60,139 nt of DNA, from assembly GCF_001194135.2 (NCBI RefSeq), contig NC_068983.1, positions 129,156,684-129,216,822 on the forward strand. Direction: 5' to 3'. The stretch's first letter is position 1; the number at the start of each line of letters is the position of its first letter. Both the position numbers and the translations under genes were made by a program. The DNA is from Octopus bimaculoides (taxonomy: Eukaryota). The notes below the pieces were generated by a model, which saw only the letters and a list, made by a program, of their open reading frames with translations, had not been told where the DNA came from and made no database searches. Shown here one piece after another: positions 25,595 through 38,305 of the stretch.

Positions 25595-26260
25595 ATATGA
25601 CCATGGCTAGAAAGAAAGTTTCAAATTTGTCAACAATGTCAAGGTCAGCCAAAGGAGTGTCACTGTCCATGGAAAGACAGACAGCTGCAGAAACGGAAGC
25701 ATACTAAGAAACGAATAGACTGTGCACTACAAAAGCCAGAGCATCTCAAAGTAATGAACAGAAGTATGCTGACAAGGAATAGGATGCCCATTGCAGAACG
25801 AAGAGCAGTTACAGCAGCTCAGAGAAACAACTTCTATGAAGCAGCTTTCAATTATGATCACGTACATCGTTATTATGCTGAGTTTACATTGGCGCCATGA
25901 CACATGAGTGTACACATTGAAAAGCTAGAAAGTGGCCTGGCGAGATACTTGCACTGGTGGAAAAGATAAACTCCCTGCAATCCCTCCAGAGCCATTGAAG
26001 AAACTATTGAACTTTCATTGAAGAAACCATGGAAATTCTAGAGCCATTGAAACTCCGAGCCATTGAATAAACTATTGTTATGAACCGACCAAGATTCCAA
26101 GCACTTCCAAAACAAAATTAGACCATACAACGCAGCATAATAGATGGTAGCATTTGGAGCCATAAGAGGTTTAACAGAGCCAGGATTCATGCAGACTTTC
26201 AAGATCCAAGGTCAGATTCATCATCGGATTGGCTCTCTACTACCTCTGTGAAATGAATCT
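25595..26260 (+). mobile_element. Helitron RepHel N-terminal (helitron_like_N region) pseudogene fragment
   Basis: IGAMTHECTH*KARKWPGE..GGK..PPEPLKKLL..DSKHFQNKIRPYNAA..FGA..GFMQTFKIQGQIHHRIGSLLP. Confidence 0.85.
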
Positions 26261-28059
26261 GTGAAAATCGGCCATTCATTGTATATAATCTCTAACGAGT
26301 CAAGCTACACAAAACGTATTTTTCAATTACGTTTATTTACTTTATATACATATATGTATTGAAATATTTCGTTTAACATTTCACTTAGCGTCTATGTTCT
26401 ATGATGCCATGCGTTGGAGAGTTATTAATGTAGAAAGTTAGTATCTCAACTACCGTCTGTTGAGACCTGCATAATCTAGGAGGAGTTTCTTAATTTCATT
26501 ATTGTTTTTTTAAACCGGGCTGCAGCGGTTATTTCTGCAAGTTACTTATAATTCTAGTTGTCTGATAAAGTACCGCTCTAAATATTTACCTATCTGCGAT
26601 AGATATATATTCTAAATAGATCAAATCCCAATTGCAACTTATATTACACGTTTTCTACTTGTTTCATTCTCCTATAAAGGCTTTTCGCTCATGCACCTCT
26701 GATCGCCTTTCGTGTAAACGTAAGATTAGAGTAAACAGCGAAATAAAAGGAAATACATGAGATTAGAGAAATCTCTGTTAAGAAAGATGCAAGAAAAGAA
26801 GAATTATATTATTTCTCTTTAAATTTATGAGACACAAGCAAAATAAGACAACATTCAAAAAAGATATTTTCAGTTTCTTATCGAAATTCGGTGATGTTTT
26901 TACTTTCTGATTACAGGGTTGAATGTTTAGATGTAAATTTATATCGACTATAGAGGAAAATAAGCTATCAGTTATATGCATACATACACAAAGTCATACA
27001 TGCATACATTTAAACATATATATTTATATAATATATATNNNNNNNNNNNNNNNNNNNNNNNNNNNNNNNNNNNNNNNNNNNNNNNNNNNNNNNNNNNNNN
27101 NNNNNNNNNNNNNNNNNNNNNNNNNNNNNNNNNNNNNNNNNNNNNNNNNNNNNNNNNNNNNNNNNNNNNNNNNNNNNNNNNNNNNNNNNNNNNNNNNNNN
27201 NNNNNNNNNNNNNNNNNNNNNNNNNNNNNNNNNNNNNNNNNNNNNNNNNNNNNNNNNNNNNNNNNNNNNNNNNNNNNNNNNNNNNNNNNNNNNNNNNNNN
27301 NNNNNNNNNNNNNNNNNNNNNNNNNNNNNNNNNNNNNNNNNNNNNNNNNNNNNNNNNNNNNNNNNNNNNNNNNNNNNNNNNNNNNNNNNNNNNNNNNNNN
27401 NNNNNNNNNNNNNNNNNNNNNNNNNNNNNNNNNNNNNNNNNNNNNNNNNNNNNNNNNNNNNNNNNNNNNNNNNNNNNNNNNNNNNNNNNNNNNNNNNNNN
27501 NNNNNNNNNNNNNNNNNNNNNNNNNNNNNNNNNNNNNNNNNNNNNNNNNNNNNNNNNNNNNNNNNNNNNNNNNNNNNNNNNNNNNNNNNNNNNNNNNNNN
27601 NNNNNNNNNNNNNNNNNNNNNNNNNNNNNNNNNNNNNNNNNNNNNNNNNNNNNNNNNNNNNNNNNNNNNNNNNNNNNNNNNNNNNNNNNNNNNNNNNNNN
27701 NNNNNNNNNNNNNNNNNNNNNNNNNNNNNNNNNNNNNNNNNNNNNNNNNNNNNNNNNNNNNNNNNNNNNNNNNNNNNNNNNNNNNNNNNNNNNNNNNNNN
27801 NNNNNNNNNNNNNNNNNNNNNNNNNNNNNNNNNNNNNNNNNNNNNNAATCGATCGAAACAAAAAGTCCTCAATGTTTTCTATGAATTTCAGAATTTAATA
27901 GAAATGAAAAAAAAAGTAAAAGATTTGAACCGTTGTAAAATTTTCATAAGCTCTTCGGGCTAAACGCAATATATTTAAATATAAAGTATTTTCTATCTGA
28001 AGAATGTTACGATTGCTGATTCTGCTATTGTCGCTGCTGCTGATTATCCTACAACTACG

Positions 28060-28128
28060 AGCGGCAGTTGCGGCAGTAGTAAAGCAGCATCAGTAGTAGC
28101 AGCAGCCGCAGCAGCAGCATCAGTAGTG

Positions 28129-28178
<50 letters not shown>

Positions 28179-28180
28179 TA
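28060..28180 (+). repeat. Degenerate (GCA)n grading into (GTA)n
   Basis: Direct reading. Confidence 0.9.
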
Positions 28181-29139
28181 CTGTATTTGCCACAAAATGA
28201 CAAATTAGAACATAGTGCAGTGACAATTTCTAGATAAGTTCGTGTTTTGTTGTTCTNNNNNNNNNNNNNNNNNNNNNNNNNNNNNNNNNNNNNNNNNNNN
28301 NNNNNNNNNNNNNNNNNNNNNNNNNNNNNNNNNNNNNNNNNNNNNNNNNNNNNNNNNNNNNNNNNNNNNNNNNNNNNNNNNNNNNNNNNNNNNNNNNNNN
28401 NNNNNNNNNNNNNNNNNNNNNNNNNNNNNNNNNNNNNNNNNNNNNNNNNNNNNNNNNNNNNNNNNNNNNNNNNNNNNNNNNNNNNNNNNNNNNNNNNNNN
28501 NNNNNNNNNNNNNNNNNNNNNNNNNNNNNNNNNNNNNNNNNNNNNNNNNNNNNNNNNNNNNNNNNNNNNNNNNNNNNNNNNNNNNNNNNNNNNNNNNNNN
28601 NNNNNNNNNNNNNNNNNNNNNNNNNNNNNNNNNNNNNNNNNNNNNNNNNNNNNNNNNNNNNNNNNNNNNNNNNNNNNNNTATATATATAAATATATATAT
28701 ATATATAAAAGCAACAATACATACGGGGAAAAAAAAAACAATTCTATAATAATTTATTACAATGAATAAAATCCTGCAAACTGTTTGCCATATATTAGAA
28801 CTTGAATATGCCAACGAATATCTTGAACCGCTATGTAGGGGAAATCAAACAACGCCATAGAGATCCAAAACCATATGGTGCATTGCGTGTTTCCACAGAA
28901 TGTATTCCATTATAAGCATGACGTATGCTATTAAGTATTTGATTTGAGAAAGCCAAGCTAGCCGCATTCCTCCGCCCCTTTCTGTAGTTACTGAGATTCA
29001 ACGCCTTCTCACCTTCAGATTCCGTTATGTCACATAAAACAGATTACGCCAACCTCTCACCAATAAAATTCATCTCTCTACTCACTGCCTTTCGTGGGAA
29101 TGTCGTCGCACAAATTGTTCCCTAGTTATTATTAATATT

Positions 29140-29270
29140 ATATATGGTTGCAGGTTCAATCTCACTGGATGACACTTTGATCAAATTTCTTCAATTAGAG
29201 CATCGAGTTGACCAAAGACTTGCGAATAAATTCAGGAGAAGGAAACTGAAAGAAGTTCGTCGTATATTAA
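29140..29270 (+). mobile_element. Older degenerate SINE head immediately upstream of a second copy
   Basis: ggttcaatctcactg..gaccaaagacttg..ggaaactgaaagaagttcgtcgtatat. Confidence 0.7.
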
Positions 29271-29278
29271 TATATATA

Positions 29279-29672
29279 GGCGCCGGAGTGGCTGTTCGGT
29301 AAGTAGCTTGCTTACCAAACACAAGGATCCAGGTTCACTCGCACTGTGTGGCATCTTCATCAAGTGTCTTCTACTATAGCATCGGGCCGACCAAAGCCTT
29401 GTGAGTGGATTTGGTAGACAGAAACTAAAAGAGGTTCATCGTATATGTGTGTGAGTATGTTTGTGTGTCTGTATTTGTCTCCCAAACATCGCTTGAAACC
29501 GATGTTTGTGTGTTTACGTCCCTATAACTTAGCGGTTAGGCCAAAGAGACCGAGAGTACAAGGCTTACAATGAATAAGTCCTGGTACCGATTTGCTTGAC
29601 TGAAGGTGATGCTCCAACATGGCCGAATTCAAATGACTGAAAAAATTGAATGAATAAAAGAGTAAGAGAATA
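29279..29672 (+). mobile_element. Near full-length tRNA-derived SINE
   Basis: A-box-like gtggctgttcggtaag, B-box-like caggttcactcgc, central ggccgaccaaagccttgtgagtggatttggtagac, internal (TG)n-like tract, tail aaatgactgaaaaaa..gaataaaaga. Confidence 0.92.
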
Positions 29673-30229
29673 TATAGACATACGTGCATGTGTGGCTTTG
29701 TTTTATTGTTTGTCCCCCATTGATTGACAATGCCGTTCAGTAAAAAGTGATCGACGCTTAGAAAATAAAAACTAGGGGGCAATTTGTGCGATTAAACCCT
29801 TCGGAAACGAGTCCCTGCACTCCGTAACTTAAAGACAGAAACAGGTAAATAGCTAAAATAAAATTTTAAAAGATTCTAAGCATTTTCGAGCTGGTTAACT
29901 TTAATTCAACTCTATTAAACCTCTCCTCACACATGCGCGTCTCCAAATGTGTTCATCAACGAAGCCTCACACTAGTCAATACATTCCAACTTACTTTGCG
30001 AGAATAATTTTCTGTAATTCTCCCCAACCGAAACTTATTTTATTTGTAAAATTTTATATTTCATCATCTTTAGATGAGCCTATATCACTTTTCTCGTCAG
30101 ATAAGTTTCAAAAACTATGAACTCATTATCCTTCCACGAAGGAAAAGAATTTCAAGGAAAGTAATTTCAAAATAGCACGTGAAAAAGCATCATCGAAGAA
30201 TATACTTAGTGTTTTTCAATCTCTTCAAC

Positions 30230-30700
30230 GGTGGCACTTCGCGTGGCAGGTCAATACTTTCCAACAGCACTCCTGGATACTGGACCGATAGGCCGGTTAA
30301 ATTGCTCGAAAAGCATTTCATCCAGACTAAGAGAAGATGACACTAAGAGACAACATATATGTAAGAGAAACTACATTCTCGGAAAGATTATAGCCATCGC
30401 CCAGTGTCAATTTGCTGGTCTGATCTGGAGAACACTCTTGCGGAGGCCTATACGTAGTTTCCAACATTCTGTCGACTGGCAGCGATAAAGGATGGTAGGG
30501 TGTTGTCGTTTCGAATTAGAATCTACAGTCATGGATGTGGCGTCAGACGAGCACGTCTGAGATGGGTGATGTCGCCTTCACATATCCCGGAATATATTTG
30601 TCTGTTGGCCTAAGCAAATTAAGTTGTGTAGTGTACCTGTCTGAAAAGGATGAAGACAGTCATATTTTACTCTCTCCAAGCTCACATCACTCTCTTCAAT
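30230..30700 (+). mobile_element. Possible Tx1/L1 LINE C-terminal remnant
   Basis: GC-richer decayed coding-like block; IIAIAQCQFAGLIWRTLL resembles the HA..QCP.IA.LW..VE.LL zinc-finger region. Confidence 0.4.
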
Positions 30701-30911
30701 TTTGATTTGAAAAGGAAAATATGTTTAGGGAGGTAGTACGGTTTCCCTGAGAAATGTTTGAATTATCAATAATAATGCCAAGAAAGTTCGAAGGCCTCGC
30801 AGGCTCTCATTCTAGAATATTTAATACCAAAATACACATCTTAAAATTCTCGCAGTAACAAATAAACCAATTTTCTGCGAATGTTGTACCCTCAATTAAA
30901 TCCCGCTATAA

Positions 30912-31324
30912 TATGATCAGAGGGAATACACATGTCAATTAATAAACACGTCTTCTTTGTCTGATCTTTTATAATAATATCCGGTTTATTAGCTTTTATA
31001 GTCTTGTCGGTATGCACGGGGATGTCCCAGAAAATCGATACATTTTCTTCCTCAGTCACAGCTTCAGGATGGTGTTTATACCATTTGTCAGCGGTTTTGA
31101 TTTTATAGTGCTGACATATTGTCCAGTGTAAATACTGGCCAACTCTATCATGTCTTGCTTTATATTCTACAGGTGCTAAGACTCTACACTCTGAGATTAG
31201 GTGGTCTATAGTTTCAATCGCATCGTTACAAAATCGGCATTTTGGTTCAGCTCCATTTTTTATCATATTGGCTTGGTAGTTCCGGGTTAATAAGCTTTGG
31301 TCTTGAGCAGCCAATATGAAACCT
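30912..31324 (-). mobile_element. R4/Dong-like LINE fragment: CCHC zinc knuckle and RLE endonuclease, open frame
   Basis: GFILAAQDQSLLTRNY..KCRFCNDAIETIDHLISEC..RHDRVGQYLHW..FWDIPVHTDKTIKANKPDIIIKD..CLLIDMCIPSD; (TTA)n lies across the adjacent gap. Confidence 0.95.
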
Positions 31325-31666
31325 TNNNNNNNNNNNNNNNNNNNNNNNNNNNNNNNNNNNNNNNNNNNNNNNNNNNNNNNNNNNNNNNNNNNNNNNNNNN
31401 NNNNNNNNNNNNNNNNNNNNNNNNNNNNNNNNNNNNNNNNNNNNNNNNNNNNNNNNNNNNNNNNNNNNNNNNNNNNNNNNNNNNNNNNNNNNNNNNNNNN
31501 NNNNNNNNNNNNNNNNNNNNNNNNNNNNNNNNNNNNNNNNNNNNNNNNNNNNNNNNNNNNNNNNNNNNNNNNNNNNNNNNNNNNNNNNNNNNNNNNNNNN
31601 NNNNNNNNNNNNNNNNNNNNNNNNNNNNNNNNNNNNNNNNNNNNNNNNNNNNNNNNNNNNNNNNNN

Positions 31667-31676
31667 ATTATTATTA

Positions 31677-31735
<59 letters not shown>

Positions 31736-31765
31736 ATTTTTATTATTATTATTATTATTATTATC
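31667..31765 (+). repeat. (TTA)n microsatellite
   Basis: Direct reading. Confidence 0.97.
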
Positions 31766-31956
31766 TTCATCATTAGGGAAGGCAATAGGATCATTAGTGC
31801 TTCGGAAAAATATTTTCAGCAATAACTCCGGATTTTTATATTCACAGTCCCTCTAATTGGCGTTGTTTTGCCTCATTTCACGGACGTTAAAATAAGTCGC
31901 GGCTGTGCGGTGGTGTCAATGTCCTGGAATAAATCTCTTCGCCTCAAAAATACCCG

Positions 31957-31995
31957 GCTATCTGCTAGAGCTATCTGCTAGAGCTATCTGCTAGA
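31957..31995 (+). repeat. 13-bp tandem repeat gctatctgctaga x3
   Basis: Three perfect units. Confidence 0.95.
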
Positions 31996-33150
31996 CCAAT
32001 GTTGAAGGCGTTATCCTTCTTCAATGTTGACCGGAATTTACTCTAGCTTTTTGCATTCTAAGTTTAAATTCAACAGAAGCCGAATCTTTTTGTTGGTCGG
32101 CAAATCAAGTACCAGTTAAGCACTAGACCACGACATAATCGACTTACCTGCGTTACAGATGGGAAGCGATCAAAACATGTGTATATGAACCTTTGTAAAT
32201 GAACGGAAGGAAATTCCTGAACAACATTATTTCTATTTAAATTACACACACNNNNNNNNNNNNNNNNNNNNNNNNNNNNNNNNNNNNNNNNNNNNNNNNN
32301 NNNNNNNNNNNNNNNNNNNNNNNNNNNNNNNNNNNNNNNNNNNNNNNNNNNNNNNNNNNNNNNNNNNNNNNNNNNNNNNNNNNNNNNNNNNNNNNNNNNN
32401 NNNNNNNNNNNNNNNNNNNNNNNNNNNNNNNNNNNNNNNNNNNNNNNNNNNNNNNNNNNNNNNNNNNNNNNNNNNNNNNNNNNNNNNNNNNNNNNNNNNN
32501 NNNNNNNNNNNNNNNNNNNNNNNNNNNNNNNNNNNNNNNNNNNNNNNNNNNNNNNNNNNNNNNNNNNNNNNNNNNNNNNNNNNNNNNNNNNNNNNNNNNN
32601 NNNNNNNNNNNNNNNNNNNNNNNNNNNNNNNNNNNNNNNNNNNNNNNNNNNNNNNNNNNNNNNNNNNNNNNNNNNNNNNNNNNNNNNNNNNNNNNNNNNN
32701 NNNNNNNNNNNNNNNNNNNNNNNNNNNNNNNNNNNNNNNNNNNNNNNNNNNNNNNNNNNNNNNNNNNNNNNNNNNNNNNNNNNNNNNNNNNNNNNNNNNN
32801 NNNNNNNNNNNNNNNNNNNNNNNNNNNNNNNNNNNNNNNNNNNNNNNNNNNNNNNNNNNNNNNNNNNNNNNNNNNNNNNNNNNNNNNNNNNNNNNNNNNN
32901 NNNNNNNNNNNNNNNNNNNNNNNNNNNNNNNNNNNNNNNNNNNNNNNNNNNNNNNNNNNNNNNNNNNNNNNNNNNNNNNNNNNNNNNNNNNNNNNNNNNN
33001 NNNNNNNNNNNNNNNNNNNNNNNNNNNNNNNNNNNNNNNNNNNNNNNNNNNNNNNNNNNNNNNNNNNNNNNNNNNNNNNNNNNNNNNNNNNNNNNNNNNN
33101 NNNNNNNNNNNNNNNNNNNNNNNNNNNNNNNNNNNNNNNNNNNNNNNNNN

Positions 33151-33186
<36 letters not shown>

Positions 33187-33918
33187 GCATGTATGCATGT
33201 ATGTATGTATGTATATAAAGCAAGATTTATTCGTAATCAGAGGTGTTCAAAACCCGAGGTACTACTGTATATCTATTTCCCTCACCATCTCTTATTATTT
33301 TTGTATTCATAAACGTCTTCTCTCTACACAATTCTCCCCACACAGACACACAGAGACTCAAATATATATAGGAGGAACTCCAACCACCTTTCGTGGTTCG
33401 TTACCTGAACAGTTGTTATAGAGGAGGCCTGCTCTTATGTCCTTTTTTCTCTTCTTCTAGAAGTATATCCTTCTGCGCTTTTCCACGTTCGGGTACCCTC
33501 TTATCCTGAATGTCACTTATTTTTGGACTCCTTACTCGAATGCCACACTTCGGGATTTCTTTGCTTTGAAATTCATTCTCGCCCATCATATTAGTTCGTC
33601 CATCCACTGTAACGTTCCATCTGTAGCTTCTCTACTTTCTGATATCACGGTAATGGCGTCCATAAAAAGCCCTTAATGGTGTCTTTGAAATCCAATATGT
33701 GTATCTACTACGGGTCAAGCTGTATGTTCATGTACTTTCAGAAATAGCAAATAAGGAGTTATGTATTTCCAAATACCAGTTTAGTTTTTACTTAACCGTC
33801 AATTATACCTTTGACTTAAAGATATTTTAAGAAAAATGGTGGTTAATAATAGTATTAAAAAATAATTTGTAAATAATTTGTAGTGTATAAAATGCATAAT
33901 TTAAGTATTTATTGTAAA

Positions 33919-34009
33919 CTAGCAGAAATACCCGGCGTTGCCCGGGTTAAAGAGTATAATGAAATCTAAAAACGCCGTCTAGACTACGCATCATCTTTAT
34001 ATATAGAGA
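33919..34009 (-). mobile_element. Complete 91-bp non-autonomous Helitron
   Basis: Minus strand: A|TCTCTATATATAAAG ... CCCGGGCAACGCCGGG hairpin - TATTTCTG - CTAG|T; 5' TC, 3' CTAG, subterminal hairpin, inserted between A and T. Confidence 0.9.
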
Positions 34010-35169
34010 TGTATATACACACACGCACCCAAACACACGTATATATATGTATATCAATATAAATATATGAAAGTCAATGAAGTTTCGTAAAAGAAGGTGA
34101 TCATGTACATACTTTCTTGCTGTTGTGATTATTACACCTCATTGTAAACTATGTTCCTTGTTTTCCCTTGTGGAGCATATACAAATAGGTTTTTTGTTGC
34201 TGCCCACTCTTGAGCAGCCAACATACAGTTGTCCATNNNNNNNNNNNNNNNNNNNNNNNNNNNNNNNNNNNNNNNNNNNNNNNNNNNNNNNNNNNNNNNN
34301 NNNNNNNNNNNNNNNNNNNNNNNNNNNNNNNNNNNNNNNNNNNNNNNNNNNNNNNNNNNNNNNNNNNNNNNNNNNNNNNNNNNNNNNNNNNNNNNNNNNN
34401 NNNNNNNNNNNNNNNNNNNNNNNNNNNNNNNNNNNNNNNNNNNNNNNNNNNNNNNNNNNNNNNNNNNNNNNNNNNNNNNNNNNNNNNNNNNNNNNNNNNN
34501 NNNNNNNNNNNNNNNNNNNNNNNNNNNNNNNNNNNNNNNNNNNNNNNNNNNNNNNNNNNNNNNNNNNNNNNNNNNNNNNNNNNNNNNNNNNNNNNNNNNN
34601 NNNNNNNNNNNNNNNNNNNNNNNNNNNNNNNNNNNNNNNNNNNNNNNNNNNNNNNNNNNNNNNNNNNNNNNNNNNNNNNNNNNNNNNNNNNNNNNNNNNN
34701 NNNNNNNNNNNNNNNNNNNNNNNNNNNNNNNNNNNNNNNNNNNNNNNNNNNNNNNNNNNNNNNNNNNNNNNNNNNNNNNNNNNNNNNNNNNNNNNNNNNN
34801 NNNNNNNNNNNNNNNNNNNNNNNNNNNNNNNNNNNNNNNNNNNNNNNNNNNNNNNNNNNNNNNNNNNNNNNNNNNNNNNNNNNNNNNNNNNNNNNNNNNN
34901 NNNNNNNNNNNNNNNNNNNNNNNNNNNNNNNNNNNNNNNNNNNNNNNNNNNNNNNNNNNNNNNNNNNNNNNNNNNNNNNNNNNNNNNNNNNNNNNNNNNN
35001 NNNNNNNNNNNNNNNNNNNNNNNNNNNNNNNNNNNNNNNNNNNNNNNNNNNNNNNNNNNNNNNNNNNNNNNNNNNNNNNNNNNNNNNNNNNNNNNNNNNN
35101 NNNNNNNNNNNNNNNNNNNNNNNNNNNNNNNNNNNNNNNNNNNNNNNNNNNNNNNNNNNNNNNNNNNNT

Positions 35170-35425
35170 AAAGTGAAAGTATTTGACATGAGTGTTTTTT
35201 TTTTCACTTTTGACACGTAATACTTAAATAGTGGAGGAGATATTATGTTGCCGTGTGCTCGAACGCTGCAAGAAGTTAATAATTTTTTTGGACTAAAACA
35301 CAACTGGAACCCTAAGTAAGGCATGTGTAAAATTTGAATGAAATTGGTTGCGTAGTTCTCGAGTTTTAGGGATTCACACAGCCAGACAGACAGACACACA
35401 TTCTCATTTTTTATATATATATAGA
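35170..35425 (-). mobile_element. Non-autonomous Helitron-type element, 5' part (rest in gap)
   Basis: Minus begins A|TCTATATATATATAAAAAATGAGAATGTGTGTCTGTCTGTCTG...CAACCAATTTCATTCAAATTTTACAC, typical of short Helitron/HINE-like 5' ends. Confidence 0.7.
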
Positions 35426-35852
35426 TAATAGATCTAGTATTCATAGACAAAAATAAGTGTTATATGTCGTAATTAATATTCATGCACATATTGATATATA
35501 TATTTAAGAAGATTTAGGTATAAATACTATACAATTAATAAGGTCTAAAAAAGATCTAAGTTTATAAACTTATACGTTATCAGAAATACAGCTATTTGAA
35601 GTTGTTTTTTTTTTTTGTTAGCGTATGTCGAAATAATTGTTTATATTAATGTTGAGAATGTATTCATAGAAAGGAAAGACGAACCCAAAAAGGAGAGCTA
35701 GAGAAATTTGTAGTAATGTAGGGGAGAGAATAATTAATATACTTGGATATTTTACAGATATAATAGAGGCATACATAGATTTGCATATAGAAACGTATAT
35801 GTAAGTCTAACAACACTAATATAGAAATATGTACGCTCGAATTCTATTGTTC

Positions 35853-35883
<31 letters not shown>

Positions 35884-36624
35884 GGACGAATTTATGCTGG
35901 CATTTAGCTCATCAGCTCTTGCCCCCTATCGATCCACGCGAATGGTTTATCTAAAGTCTCCTGCAAGTACATATATACTCATATACATATCTAAATACAT
36001 ACACGCATATACATGCTACCTGACGTACCTGGTAACTCCTGGAAAGCGAGGTTTATCCCTTTGTTCCGTTCTCGGAATTCTTTCGCTAATCCAAAAATAC
36101 GAATATGTAGGTCATAAAACGATTTTTGTTCATTTATATAGAATACCGAATTGTAATGCATAGTTTTTTCGTTTGTTCGTTTTTAGGAAATCCCAATAAG
36201 TTATGAATATCCAGATCATGAAATCATTTACGTAAAAATATGAAATTAGTCACCGGATATTAAGAATTCAAATAAAGTATCGCCGAAAAGGGTTTTAATG
36301 CCTGCCCAGAGTATATAGAACTTTGGAGGAAAGTCCAATAAATTATGTGTACAAAAACGTGAAACATGTTACGTAAGAACAGTCTAATCGGATATAAGAT
36401 AATATCAATAGCTTTTTATGAGTTTCCAGAGAATATAACCCTTAAGGGCTCTAGCTTTGAAATAGATTTGAAATTAAGGTTGAAACAGACTGACATTTAG
36501 TTTTACTGTAGATATACAAATAAATTTGCATATATTCACAATCAAATTAACATGTAGATTATCAATACATTCACCAACACTTACAAATATCACAGTTAAA
36601 TATTAAATACCTGATGATTTGGTA

Positions 36625-38305
36625 TTTCCTTGTGGGGCATAAATAAGGAAATGATTAGGATTGTCGACTCTTGAGCGTCGCACATATATTTGGTCATGGG
36701 AGAAAACTGGTTCCACAAGGTTCAGACCTACCACATCCAAGGGCTTCCCCATGCCTTCTTAATGCTCATTGCAAAACACAGTTCCAAAGAGTATTGCAGA
36801 TGCTTGAACTGGAAAGGTATATGCGAGGGATTAAGTGAAATTCTAGGAATGAATACAGGCTCACCGCTTGCTTTACCAGTCGAAATTGTTGTCTCCAAGA
36901 ATGTTAGCATCATCGTCTTTATTATAAGTCGTCTTCCATTGAAAAGCATTGGTGGATCAAGTTTTCCAGGCAGTATAACTGGTGCCCCAATCTTGAGATG
37001 CAAGTTGTGAAGTGGGAGGCCGGGTGGTGTAGGCTATTCAAGAATTCAACTGAAAATTTCACGGCTTCAAGTGTACATGTGACGCTCATCTGGCAACTGT
37101 TCCAGAAACTTGACGTTCAAATCATCAGCTACCATATTCTTGCGTGCTAAAATGTCACGGGATTTGAGCCAGCTGCGGTCTGCAAACTGATTCCTCAGGT
37201 TAGGAAACACCTTATTCATTAGTTCCCTTACGTCAAATATCAAATGCCTGGTGTTGTCTTTCAGATCCTGAAGGGCCATGTCAAGAGCTTCAAAGAAAAC
37301 TTTATAGCTCAATGTCGCCTCATCCCAAATGATTAACCTGCATTCACCAAGAGGTTTGCATTTTATAGAACTACGACTGATGTTGCAGTTTGCCGTCTTT
37401 TTCTTGGACAGGTCCAAAGGGAGTTTGAAACAGAAATAAGCTGTGCAGCTGCCACTTAATAGAGTTGCATCTATTCCACTTGACGCCACTGCTGTGATAA
37501 AGTTTAATTTGGCGCAGTTTATCTAGAAGAACGTTGATGAAAAATGTCTTGCCAGTTCGACCTGGAGCATCCAGGAATAAAAGACCCCCTCTTTCACTTT
37601 CAATGCTCGAAATAATGGTCTTATAAACACACAGTTGGTCCTCAATCAGTTTCTGTTCATTATCAGCTATATTCGCCGGCATTTCCTCGATGTTATAGCT
37701 GATTTCTTCCAGGTGCTCAATTGCGCGATTGTTTGCTGCCTGTTCCGATATAGGCAGACCACCTATGGCATTGACTTGATCTCCTATATTTTACACTCAG
37801 GTGTCCAGGTCAAGTAATGCTCCATTGTAAATGCCGTTATTGAACGTGGTAATCTCTACTGGGGCTTGCATTCGAATCATTTTTAGCATGTTCTCTGTCA
37901 TGCTAGTATTGTGGGTCACCCAAAGCTTGAGAGGTTAACCGAAGCCACATGTCATAAACATGAAAGAAAATAGCTGGAGCAGTTGACTTGGTGCTCTGCT
38001 GACTACTGCCTTCTTCAGTGTCAGGTCCGAGTGAGCATCGTCCTCCAGTAGTCCATGTCTGGCACAGGCTTCTGCGTAGGTTGCGCAGACTTCCCCATTG
38101 TGACTTCGAAAGTCTGACAGTGTGCAGCAGTAGAGGCAGAAAGAAACACTACTGCTGATTAGGGTGCATAGTGTACACCTTCCCAAAGGCCCCACTTCTG
38201 AAGACAGCATCTTCTTCCCAGCCCTCAACACGTGCTTCATGCTTGCGTCTGTTCCATCTATTGTGTACCCAGGTATAATACACGGAAACCTCAATATAGA
38301 ACAAA
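36625..38305 (-). mobile_element. Helitron RepHel pseudogene: post-Rep linker and PIF1-like SF1 helicase
   Basis: YYTW..GKVYTMHPN..EACARHGLLEDD; FLDAPGRTGKTF (Walker A); ASSGIDATLL..IIWDEA (Walker B); LKIGAPVIL..LDPP.LFNGRRL..VFIPRI..FAMSI.KA.G; EPVFSHDQIYV..SRV. Confidence 0.95.

Noticed and set aside
29279-29360. tRNA genes at SINE heads
   Set aside because: A/B boxes are degenerate and continue into SINE bodies; no cloverleaf.
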